Positions 24,953-33,553 of a DNA stretch of 35,228 nt are shown piece after piece (position 1 is the first letter of the stretch; each line of letters starts with the position of its first letter). A program made the position numbers and the translations under genes. The DNA comes from an uncultured Acetobacteraceae bacterium. GTDB taxonomy: Bacteria; Pseudomonadota; Alphaproteobacteria; Acetobacterales; Acetobacteraceae. The notes beneath the pieces were generated by a model. It had not been told where the DNA came from, ran no database searches, and saw nothing but the letters and a program-made list of their open reading frames with translations. Location: contig CAXSEX010000001.1 in the NCBI GenBank assembly GCA_964236415.1, positions 1-35,228 on the forward strand. The letters are read 5' to 3'.

Positions 24953-25097
24953 ATGGGTCCGTAGAGCCGCGGGATCGCGATACTTTGAGAGACGAATCGC
25001 CGCAAGGGGCGATATGTCTCGCCAACGTTAGCAAAACGATATATTTGTGACGCCTGAAATGGCGCTGGAGGATCGGTTGACGGTTTGGAAGTTCAGG

Positions 25098-25820
25098 ATG
25101 CGCGGACTCCGCGGCGTGGTGCTGGCGGCCTGCCTTGTGCCGCTGTGCGCCCTTGCGCAGGCTGCGCGTGCGGATACGGGGCGCGCTGGCGACCTTTGCC
25201 AGACGGCGATCGCCGGGTACGCGCCGGCCACGCGCCTGCCTCCGAACCTGCTCACCGCGATTGGCCGGGTCGAGAGCGGCCGGGTCGATCCGCGGGACGG
25301 CAACGTCAAGGCGTGGCCGTGGAGCATCAATGCCGAGGGGCGCGGCTACGTGTTCAACACGAAGGCCGAGGCGATCGCCGCGGTGATCGCTTTCCGCGCC
25401 AGGAGCGTCCAGTCGGTCGATGTGGGCTGCATGCAGGTCAACCTGATGTACCATCCCGCAGCCTTCGCGTCGCTTGAGGAAGCGTTCGACCCGGCGGCCA
25501 ACGTACGGTATGCAGCCAAGTTCCTCGGCCAGTTGTACGCCGAAAGCGGGAACTGGGACACCGCCGCCGCCCATTACCATTCCAAGACCCCCGATCTCGC
25601 CCTGGCCTACCAGCGCAAGGTGCTCGCCCAGCTTCCGGGCGCGGCCCGCGTCCAGGCCGTTTCTGCCGAGCAGCTTTCGCTGACCAATGCCTGGTCCTCG
25701 ACACTCGGCTCGTCCCAGGCGGCAACGCCGCGGCAAGTCCCCCGGGTGTTGGAAGCGCAATGGGGAACGACGCTGCGGCCGGCGCAGCCACGCATGGTCT
25801 TGCTCGCCAGCCGCCGGTGA
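25098..25820 (+). CDS. Lytic transglycosylase (SLT domain), secreted
   Basis: Signal peptide, LLTAIGRVESG (catalytic Glu), WPWSINAEG, SVDVGCMQVN, AFDPAANVRYAAKFL, AAAHYHS. Confidence 0.92.
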   Translation: MRGLRGVVLAACLVPLCALAQAARADTGRAGDLCQTAIAGYAPATRLPPNLLTAIGRVESGRVDPRDGNVKAWPWSINAEGRGYVFNTKAEAIAAVIAFRARSVQSVDVGCMQVNLMYHPAAFASLEEAFDPAANVRYAAKFLGQLYAESGNWDTAAAHYHSKTPDLALAYQRKVLAQLPGAARVQAVSAEQLSLTNAWSSTLGSSQAATPRQVPRVLEAQWGTTLRPAQPRMVLLASRR

Positions 25821-25879
25821 CCGCCGTGGCCGGCAGGCGCCCGGTCATGGAAGCTGGGTGGTAACAAGGCCCGGCACCG

Positions 25880-27121
25880 TCAGGGCGGCGTTCCGGGAGT
25901 GGCCGCAAGGGTGCCGTAGTTCCAGCGAAGATACTCGTTGAAGAGGCGCGACCGCTCGGTCTCGCTCAGCTTCTTCGATCCCCATTCCGTTTGGGACAGG
26001 AAGCGGTCGAACTCGCCGCGGAGCCGGGTCAATTGCTCGCTGCTTGGCACGGCACGGCGCTCCGGCGGCGGTGGCGCTGCCACCTCGGGTTCGCGGCTCG
26101 GTGGTGGAGACTGGGACGGCGCTGGCAAGGCTGCCATCTCGGGTTCGCCGCTAGGTTGCGGAGGCTGGGGCGGCGCCGGCGCCGCTGCCACGTCGGGTTC
26201 GCGGCCAGGTGGCGGAGAGGGCACTGGCGCCGTTGCGACATCGGGTTCGCGACTCGGGGACGGCACCGCCACGTCAGCTTCAGGGCTGGCCGGCGCAGGC
26301 GCTGCCTCCGGCTCGGCAGCTTGCGGCGGCAAGGCCGGCGCGGACGGCGGCTGCGCGTTCCCCGGCGGGGGCTGAGCCGGCGGCGGCGGATCGATTTGCG
26401 CAGGGGGTGCGGGGGCGATCAAAACCTGAATGGGCCGGAGCGCCGCGCCGTGCCGATCCATCCCAAGGATTGCAGCGGCTACACCCAGCATCAGCGCCGG
26501 CACCACGGCAAACACCCATCGCCGACGGCCGGGACCGGCCACGGTGCGCCGCTTCGCGACCGTTCCGCCAAGCTCCACGCGATTCGGCACGGTCGCGCCG
26601 AGTTCCGGGCCAGCAAGCGGCGCCTGAACCCGGATCACCGGTCCGAGCCGGTCGCGAAGTGGGGTCAGTTCGTCCTGGTCAATCAGCTGAATGAACTTTG
26701 GATGCCCGGCAAACAGCAATTGCAGCCGCGGCGTCCGGGTACCGAACACTGTGAGCGCCACTTGCAGGAACACGAGCGTCGGCAGCGGCAGGAGTTCAGC
26801 CTGTTCCAGGAGAAGCACCACCTGGTTTTCCCCACGGCTGCGCGTTGCCAGCACCCGGACGATCAGCTCGTCATCATCGACCTGCGGTCCGCCACGATGG
26901 TTGGCGCCGATCTCTTCGACGATCCGCGACAAGGTCAGCGGCGTGCCGGGCAGCCCGCAGACCCGTACGACGCGAACGGGATCATTGGACAGTAAAGCAA
27001 GGCAGGCATCGACGGCGGCCGACACGGCATGCGCGTTCGTGCCAAGCAAGGCGGCGACCGGCTTTGCTTGCCGAACCGCGTCCGCAAGCTGGGCCACCGG
27101 ATCACCCAAGTGCTGGCTCAT
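25880..27121 (-). CDS. Hypothetical membrane protein: degenerate ExeA-like P-loop domain, single TM, proline-rich repeat region
   Basis: VVLLLEQAELL...LQLLFAGHPKF...LRDRL resembles the ExeA Walker-B and downstream blocks. TM WVFAVVPALMLGVAAAILG, Pro-rich repeats, helical C-terminus ending LFNEYLRW. Confidence 0.7.
   Translation of the reverse strand: MSQHLGDPVAQLADAVRQAKPVAALLGTNAHAVSAAVDACLALLSNDPVRVVRVCGLPGTPLTLSRIVEEIGANHRGGPQVDDDELIVRVLATRSRGENQVVLLLEQAELLPLPTLVFLQVALTVFGTRTPRLQLLFAGHPKFIQLIDQDELTPLRDRLGPVIRVQAPLAGPELGATVPNRVELGGTVAKRRTVAGPGRRRWVFAVVPALMLGVAAAILGMDRHGAALRPIQVLIAPAPPAQIDPPPPAQPPPGNAQPPSAPALPPQAAEPEAAPAPASPEADVAVPSPSREPDVATAPVPSPPPGREPDVAAAPAPPQPPQPSGEPEMAALPAPSQSPPPSREPEVAAPPPPERRAVPSSEQLTRLRGEFDRFLSQTEWGSKKLSETERSRLFNEYLRWNYGTLAATPGTPP
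26075..26270 (-). repeat. Intragenic degenerate tandem repeat encoding (S/G)REP(D/E)VAAAPxPxxPP units
   Basis: Core TCGGGTTCGC on the + strand at 26085, 26139, 26193 and 26241 (spacings 54, 54, 48 bp). Confidence 0.85.
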
Positions 27122-27663
27122 GGCCTGGCCGCGGGGTTTTGCACGCACGAATGAGATTGCCGCCTCCTGTCGCTGGCCCGCCAATCCCGAGATGCCGTCG
27201 CACGCAGCGCATGCGAGATCATGGACTCCTGCAGCGGATAGGCAACGGCCTAACGGTTAACATCTTGGGCGCCCCGCCATTCCGCAAAGCCCTAGAACAA
27301 CCTCTGTGGACGCGGCCAAGCTGTGTTCGGTCCGAGGCAAGGGGCGCAAGCGGGGAGCGTCAGCAACAGACATAATCCCAACTCAATCGCCACACGCCGT
27401 TCGCACCGGATAAACGACTGGGCAAATGGCAAGATGCGTGGAGCCGTGGGCGCGTTGGCCGGGCACGCAGCAGGAGCCATGCATCTAAATTGATCTTTAA
27501 ACCACTCGCTGAGACTAGGCATCTGTCCCTAGCTGCATCGCAGTCAAGAGTTACGGCCGCGTACGGGCAGCAACTCACCCATTTGTGATGAGCAATCAGG
27601 AGCGAGAATGCGTCTTGCTGCACGCCAATGCGCCGGTAAGCCCGCCCCGGCGCCGCGTGAATG

Positions 27664-29001
27664 TCACCGCCTAGTTTCCCCGCTTCCAACGGACCCCGTC
27701 ACCTTCCATACGGTGTCGCCCACGTCGTCGGCAACCAGCAGCGCCCCGTTCCGATCCATGGCGACGCCCACCGGGCGTCCCTGTGCTTCGCCCGCTCCGT
27801 TCAGGAAACCGGTCAGCACCTCGACCGGCTCGCCGGCCGGCTGGCCGTCCGCAAAGGGCACGAAGATCACGCGGTAGCCGCTTCTCGGGTTGCGGTTCCA
27901 CGAGCCGTGCTGGCCCACGAACACTCCCTGCGTCAGCGCCGCCGGCAGGCTGCCCGCCTCCGAGAACGCGAGGCCCAGCGACGCCGTGTGCGCACCGAGC
28001 GCATAGTCGGGCACGGCGGCGCGGGCCACCATCTCGGGGTGGGGAGGGACCCGCTCGTCCACGTGCTGCCCGTAGTAGCTGAATGGCCAGCCGTAGAACG
28101 CGCCGTCCCGCACCGCAGTCATGTAGTCCGGCACCAGGTCGCTGCCGATCTCGTCGCGCTCGTTCACCGCGACCCACAGCGCGCCGGTCTGCGGCTGCCA
28201 CGCCATGCCCACCGGGTTGCGCAGCCCGCCGGCGAACACCCGGTGCGCCCCGGTCGCCGCATCGACCTGCCACACCGCGGCGCGCCCTTCCTCCGCCGGC
28301 AGGCCGTTCTCCGCCGCGTTGCTGTTGGAGCCGACGCTGACATACAGCGTCCGGCCATCCGCGCTCGCCACCACGTTCTTGGTCCAATGGTGGTTGATGG
28401 GACCGCCGGGCAGGTCGCAGACCACCGTGCCCGGCGCCGTGATTTCCGTCTGCCCCGGCCGATACGGGAACCGCAGCAGCGCGTCGGTGTCGGCCACGTA
28501 AAGCGTGTCCCCGACCAGCGCCATGCCGAAGGGCGAGTTCAGGCCCTTGAGGAAGACGTGGCGCTCCACCCCGCCCCGCCCGTCGTCGCGCAGCAGGGTG
28601 ATGCGGTTGGCGCTCGGCACGGCTGCGCCGGCTTTCGAGAACAGCGTCCGCTGCACCAGGCCACGGATGCCCTTCGCGTCGTCCGGCCGCGTCGGCGCAT
28701 TGGTTTCGGCGACCAAAACGTCGTTGTTCGGCAGCACCGCGAGCCAACGCGGGTGGTCCAGCCCCTGCGCCAGCGCCGAAACGCGCAGGCCCGGCGCCGG
28801 CACCGGCGCAGCACCCGCCGCCCAGCCTTTCGCCGTGGCGACGCTCACGGTCGGCAGCAGGGTGGGATGAGGTGGCGGCAAAGCCGGGTTTGGTCCGACG
28901 CCCGCTTCCAGCGGCAAGGTGGCGCACTCGCCGCATGCCGTGATGGTGCCCGCGACGGCGAGGATGATGGCCCCGGTGATGGCGAACGTGGATGGGCGCA
29001 T
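27664..29001 (-). CDS. PQQ-dependent sugar/sorbosone dehydrogenase family protein (probable lipoprotein)
   Basis: Start MRPSTF with lipobox-like ITAC. Motifs [66 protein letters not shown]. Confidence 0.93.
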   Translation of the reverse strand: MRPSTFAITGAIILAVAGTITACGECATLPLEAGVGPNPALPPPHPTLLPTVSVATAKGWAAGAAPVPAPGLRVSALAQGLDHPRWLAVLPNNDVLVAETNAPTRPDDAKGIRGLVQRTLFSKAGAAVPSANRITLLRDDGRGGVERHVFLKGLNSPFGMALVGDTLYVADTDALLRFPYRPGQTEITAPGTVVCDLPGGPINHHWTKNVVASADGRTLYVSVGSNSNAAENGLPAEEGRAAVWQVDAATGAHRVFAGGLRNPVGMAWQPQTGALWVAVNERDEIGSDLVPDYMTAVRDGAFYGWPFSYYGQHVDERVPPHPEMVARAAVPDYALGAHTASLGLAFSEAGSLPAALTQGVFVGQHGSWNRNPRSGYRVIFVPFADGQPAGEPVEVLTGFLNGAGEAQGRPVGVAMDRNGALLVADDVGDTVWKVTGSVGSGETRR

Positions 29002-29105
29002 GACTGAACCGGTTCGTTGCCAGGCGAGGATATGATGCGGGCTGCCGGATCGGCAACGCCGTCCACGGCAGCCGTGCCCGGGCGATGCCCGTTGCACGAC
29101 GGCGT

Positions 29106-29421
29106 GACGGAGGTGAGCTGGCGAAAAGCCCGAAGCTCGTCGATATCGACCCGAGCTTCGCAGGCAGCGCCGCTCTGGTGCTACGTGCTGGCGGAAGCGC
29201 AGCACGAATGGCTGTTTCGCGCCACCGGACCCGGCGGCAAGGGCAACGCGGAACCGGTCCGGCTCGGCGCAGTGGGCCGAAGGATCGTCGCCGAAACGCT
29301 GATCGGCCTGCTGACCGCGGACGGGCGCTCCTACCTGCGGCAGAACCCCAACTGGCAGCCGGTAATCGCCGGGCAGCCGATCCGCACGATGGGCAGCCTG
29401 CTCAAGTTCGCCTCAAGCTGA
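29106..29421 (+). pseudogene. C-terminal remnant of a heme peroxidase (peroxidase-cyclooxygenase family) gene with a frameshift
   Basis: [11 protein letters not shown]...[28 protein letters not shown] matches the C-terminus of bacterial animal-type heme peroxidases. The upstream segment [12 protein letters not shown] is in another frame (shift near 29169), and no N-terminal part is present. Confidence 0.72.
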
Positions 29422-29438
29422 CGGTGTCCGGCCTGGCG

Positions 29439-30506
29439 CTACTCGGCGCTGGGCCGGTTGGTGAAGCGCGCGTTGCCCAGCCCGGTGCCGATGGTCATCA
29501 CGCCCCACCGCTCCACGTCGCGCATGAACGGCACCTCGCTCAAGCCCTGCACGACCGCGTCGTTGTGCATCAGCACCACCGTCTCGTGCCCACCGACGCC
29601 CGGGATCGCGTCCCGCAGCAGTCGGGGCAGGTTGAAGCTCTTGTGCTCCCAATCGCCGGGCAGGTTCTGCCCGCCCTTCTTGATCGACCCGTCTTCCCGG
29701 ATCAGGCCGGGGCAGCCGATGCCGATGAACGGCGCCGGCTGCAGCCCCTGCTTGCCGGCGCGCTTGATCAGGCCCTGCACCATGCCGACCAGGCGCGCGA
29801 CAGCCTCTTCCCGGTTCGGCTGGTCATCCGCATGGCGCCACAGCTCCGACATCAGCACGCCCGCCCGCGACAGGTCGGGGGCTTTCCGCACGTTCAGCTC
29901 GACGATGCCGACCCGGATGTTGGAGCCGCCGATGTCGACCGCCAGGATGCTGTCATGGCCCGAGAAGATCCATGACGGCGCCAGGTGGACGCAGCCGATC
30001 AGCCCGGCCTCGTCGGGATGGTGCCGGATCGGCTGCATGGCGACCTCGTGCTCCGACCCCTTCAGCAGCACCGTGGTGCGGCCGATCGCCAACTCGCCGA
30101 TGCGGCTGTCGCGCAAGCCGCCGCCGACCACGATGCGCTGCGTGTCGCGCCATTCCTCAAGCCGCAGGAAGCGGCGGATCACCGTGGCGAACTCCTGGGC
30201 GAACTCCTCGATGGTGCCGAGCACCACGCCCGCCGCCTCCGGATCGCCGTCCAGCATCAGCCGGTCGAGCTTCTTCTTGCTGATGTCCTTGCTCGGCACC
30301 TTGCCGACCGGGTCGTCGTCGCCGTCCCGCGCACGTTCCCGCCCATCCTCCAAGATGGCCCGGAACGCCCGCCCGCTCGCACGGTCGCCGATGAAGCCGC
30401 CCTCGTCGCGCAGTTCGGCGTTGTAGGTGTCGATATGCACGGCGGCGAGTTGCCCCGCGCCGTGGCCGGCGAGGCCCGGAACATCTCGTGTGCTTGGAGT
30501 CGGCAT
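29439..30506 (-). CDS. ROK family protein (sugar-kinase fold)
   Basis: LAVDIGGSN, IGIGCPG, HNDAVVQG, MTIGTGLG, VVGGG. Confidence 0.88.
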   Translation of the reverse strand: MPTPSTRDVPGLAGHGAGQLAAVHIDTYNAELRDEGGFIGDRASGRAFRAILEDGRERARDGDDDPVGKVPSKDISKKKLDRLMLDGDPEAAGVVLGTIEEFAQEFATVIRRFLRLEEWRDTQRIVVGGGLRDSRIGELAIGRTTVLLKGSEHEVAMQPIRHHPDEAGLIGCVHLAPSWIFSGHDSILAVDIGGSNIRVGIVELNVRKAPDLSRAGVLMSELWRHADDQPNREEAVARLVGMVQGLIKRAGKQGLQPAPFIGIGCPGLIREDGSIKKGGQNLPGDWEHKSFNLPRLLRDAIPGVGGHETVVLMHNDAVVQGLSEVPFMRDVERWGVMTIGTGLGNARFTNRPSAE

Positions 30507-30548
30507 AAAGGGGCGCCTGCTGGTGGAAGGGGGAAAGTAGCCTCATCA

Positions 30549-30573
30549 AACCCGGGCTGGGCGTTAAAGTTCG
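30549..30573 (-). promoter_or_regulatory. Possible EcfG/sigmaT-type general-stress promoter for the ROK gene
   Basis: Minus strand CGAAC-N16-GGTT, about 40 nt upstream of the ROK start. It is an imperfect match to GGAAC-N16/17-CGTT. Confidence 0.3.
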
Positions 30574-30636
30574 ATGTGAATCCCCCCGCGCCTTCGCAGG
30601 GCCGCCGGCGGCTGCGCCCGTGTCACTTGGCCCGTG

Positions 30637-31056
30637 TCATTGGGCGCGGGTCAACTGCCCCCGGATCTCACCCGCCGGGTTGGCGGCGGTGTGCACGTTG
30701 GCATACCACCGGCCCGCCATCAGGTCAGACATCTGCGCGTCCGTCAGCGTGGCGGTCCCCTTGATCGGGCTGGCCGGCATCGGAAACGGCACGACCACCC
30801 CGGCGTTCGCCCCAGGCTCGGCCGGGCCGTGGAAATGCGCGGCGGTCGCTGGGCCGGACAGCCCGGAGTACTCCACGCCGTAAGTCAGCACCTTGGTCGT
30901 GGTGTCCAGGGAAGCCGTGGCCGCTCCCGTCCCGGCGGTCGTCTTGGGCGGCACCTCGCTGGCGCCCGCCAGCGTGGCGCTGAACGGCACCGTTTCGGCC
31001 CGGGCGGCGCCGCAGAGCAGGCACGCGACGCCCAGCATCATCATCGAACGCGGCAT
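30637..31056 (-). CDS. CHRD domain-containing secreted protein
   Basis: Signal peptide ending ARA. Motifs LAGASEVPP, GLSGPATAAHFHGPA, GRWYANVHTAANPAGEIRGQ. Confidence 0.93.
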   Translation of the reverse strand: MPRSMMMLGVACLLCGAARAETVPFSATLAGASEVPPKTTAGTGAATASLDTTTKVLTYGVEYSGLSGPATAAHFHGPAEPGANAGVVVPFPMPASPIKGTATLTDAQMSDLMAGRWYANVHTAANPAGEIRGQLTRAQ

Positions 31057-31178
31057 TTCGCTTTTCCTTCGTTGTTGGGAAGCCAGCATGGACCGATTCT
31101 GCAACCGTGTCAGGAGGGCCGCGGTGCCGCGATTGGCGACGGTGGACAACAACCGCGGCCGGGTGCTGGATGGAGGCC

Positions 31179-32062
31179 ATGCCGCACGCCGCCACCGACG
31201 ACCACGTGACGCTCTACTACGAGGAGACCGGCTCCGGCGCCCCGGTCATCTTCGTGCACAAGTTCGCCGGCGACCTGCGGAGCTGGGAGCCGCAGATGCG
31301 GCACTTCGGCCAGCGCCGCCGGGCCATCGCCTTCAACGCCCGCGGCTACCCGCCCTCCGCCGTGCCGGAGGACCCGGCGCAGTACTCGCAGAATCGCGCC
31401 GCGGACGACATCGCCGCCGTGCTCGACCACCTCGGCGTCGGGCGCGCCCACGTCGTCGGCCTTTCCATGGGCGGGTTCGCCACCCTGCACTTCGGCTTCC
31501 GCCATCCGCAGCGTGCCATATCCCTGGTGGTCGCCGGCTGCGGCTACGGGGCCGAGCCGGCGCAGGCCGGCCGGTTCAAGGCCGAGGCCGCCGCCATTGC
31601 CGAAACCTTGAAACGGGACGGCATGGCCGCCTTCGCCGCGCGCTACGCCCATGGCCCGACCCGCGTGCAGTTCGAAAACAAGGACCCCCGCGGCTTCGCC
31701 GAGTTCGTCCGGCACTTGGCCGAGCACAGCGCCCTCGGCTCCGCCAACACCCAACTTGGGGTTCAGGGCGCACGGCCGTCATTGTATGACTTGCAGGGGC
31801 AGATGCAGGCACTCACCGTCCCCACGCTGGTGCTGACGGGCGACGAGGACTGGCCCTGCCTGCAGCCGGCGCTGCTGATGAAGCAGACGATCCCCGCCGC
31901 GGCGCTGTCGGTGATGCCGAACTGCGGCCACGCCATCAACCTTGAGGACCCTGACCAGTTCAACCACCTGGTCGGGCATTCCTGGCGCACGTGGAGAGCG
32001 GGCGCTGGCCGGCGCGGGACCCGCGCACGCTGTCGCCGTCCATCACCGGGATGGGGCCATAG
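31179..32062 (+). CDS. Alpha/beta hydrolase with a frameshift near the 3' end
   Basis: GGAGG RBS, GLSMGG nucleophile elbow, GDED, CGHAINLEDP. After GTC GGG (31971-31976) the plausible C-terminus FLAHVESGRWPARDPRTLSPSITGMGP* continues in another frame to TAG 32060-32062. Confidence 0.85.
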
Positions 32063-32111
32063 GCCCGCCCGGCCTCAGTGGCCGCCCGCCGGGCGCGGGC
32101 GACGCGCTGAG

Positions 32112-33542
32112 CTAAACCCCCCGGCTCATGGCCTGGATCGGCGGCTGCACGTCGTCGGCCAGCGGCGACTTGTACGGCGTGTCGCGGGTACGCTCCGCCA
32201 GGTCGGCCTTGGCGCGCTCGATCAATGCCGGGTCCTGTAGCGCGTCCAGTGCGGTGCCGGCTATCACCTTGGCGACGTGGACGAGGCCCTTGTGCGCCGC
32301 TGCGCTCTTGCCCTGCGTGGTCAACTGCCAGGAGTGGAACGGCGTGCCGACGGCGCAGGTGGCGCCGCGCGCCTGCACCGTCGGCACCACCCAGGACACG
32401 TCACCCACGTCCGTGCTGCCGTTGCCGCCCCGGCCGCGCGAGCCGAACGGGATCACGAAGTCGCACATCGCGAGGTCGCGCCGCACTGGAACGCCGGCGC
32501 GGTCGAATGCCGCCGCGATGTCGGCGTCGGACAGCGTGGCGCGGATGCGCTCGGCATAGGCGCGGTCGGCGTCGTCGAACTCGGGCGGGCCGAGGCGCTG
32601 GAAGTTGTCGTGCATCGCCTGCTCCAGCGGCGTGTTGGCCATCAGGTTGCTGACGGCGCTGACCGTCTGCGCGCTGACGGTCGTTTCCGTCATCAACGCC
32701 GCGCCCTCCGCGATTTTGCGCACCCGGGCCACGAGGGCGGTCAGGCCCGCGAGGTCCCGGGCGCGGATCAGGTAGCGCACCTTGGCCCGCGCCTGCACCA
32801 CGTTGGGCGCGATGCCGCCCGCATCGAGGTAGGCGTAGTGCACCCGCGCGTCGTCCGGCATGTGCTCCCGCATGTAGTTCACGCCGACGTTCATCAGCTC
32901 CACGGCGTCCAGCGCGCTGCGGCCCAGGTCCGGCGCCGCGGCGGCGTGGCTGGCCCGGCCCACGAAGGTGAAGTCGATGCGCGTGTTGGCGAGGCTCACC
33001 GCCTCGTTCACGCCGGAGAACGACGCCGGGTGCCAGGAGATCGCGATGTCCACGTCGGCGAACGCGCCGTCGCGCACCATGAAGCCCTTGGCGGCGCCCC
33101 CTTCCTCCGCCGGGCAGCCGTAGTAGCGCACGCGGCCGGGCATGCCGGACTGCGCCAGCCAGTCCTTGACCGCGGACGCGGCCAGCATCGCCGCCGACCC
33201 CAGCAGGTTGTGGCCGCAGCCATGGCCGACGCCGCCCTGCCCGTCCACGGCGCGCGGCTCGTCCAGCCCCGCTTCTTGGCTCAGCCCTGGCAGCGCGTCG
33301 TACTCGCCAAGGATCGCGATCACCGGGCCGCCCTCCCCGGCCTCCGCCATCATCGCGGTGGGAATGCCGGCGACCTCGCGGGTGACACGGAAGCCCTCGC
33401 GCTCCAGCATCGCCAGGTGCTCGGCCGCGGACCGGTGCTCGCCGTACGCCAGTTCCGGCGTGTCCCACACCCGGTCAGCGAGTGCTGTGTAGTCGGCGCG
33501 CTTCTCGTCCACGATTTGCCAGATTTGCTCGATGTTGCGCAT
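32112..33542 (-). CDS. M20 family amidohydrolase (AbgB-like)
   Basis: PELAYGE, GEYDALPGL, GHGCGHNLLG, GCPAEEGG, SWHP, ASHAAAAP, GSTDVGDVSW. Start MRNIEQIW 11 nt after the SBP stop. Confidence 0.93.
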   Translation of the reverse strand: MRNIEQIWQIVDEKRADYTALADRVWDTPELAYGEHRSAAEHLAMLEREGFRVTREVAGIPTAMMAEAGEGGPVIAILGEYDALPGLSQEAGLDEPRAVDGQGGVGHGCGHNLLGSAAMLAASAVKDWLAQSGMPGRVRYYGCPAEEGGAAKGFMVRDGAFADVDIAISWHPASFSGVNEAVSLANTRIDFTFVGRASHAAAAPDLGRSALDAVELMNVGVNYMREHMPDDARVHYAYLDAGGIAPNVVQARAKVRYLIRARDLAGLTALVARVRKIAEGAALMTETTVSAQTVSAVSNLMANTPLEQAMHDNFQRLGPPEFDDADRAYAERIRATLSDADIAAAFDRAGVPVRRDLAMCDFVIPFGSRGRGGNGSTDVGDVSWVVPTVQARGATCAVGTPFHSWQLTTQGKSAAAHKGLVHVAKVIAGTALDALQDPALIERAKADLAERTRDTPYKSPLADDVQPPIQAMSRGV

Positions 33543-33553
33543 GGTCCTGCCCT

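Noticed and set aside
26075-26270. Regularly spaced repeats as a possible CRISPR array
   Set aside because: Units are degenerate, in-frame and coding, with no unique spacers and no cas genes.
27292-27689. Short ORFs 27292-27522 and 27360-27689 in the low-GC gap
   Set aside because: No RBS, recognisable motif or typical codon bias.
30616-30643. 14-bp-period duplication GCCCGTGTCA at the CHRD stop codon
   Set aside because: Looks like a local slippage duplication of the gene end. There is no element between the copies, so it is not a target-site duplication.
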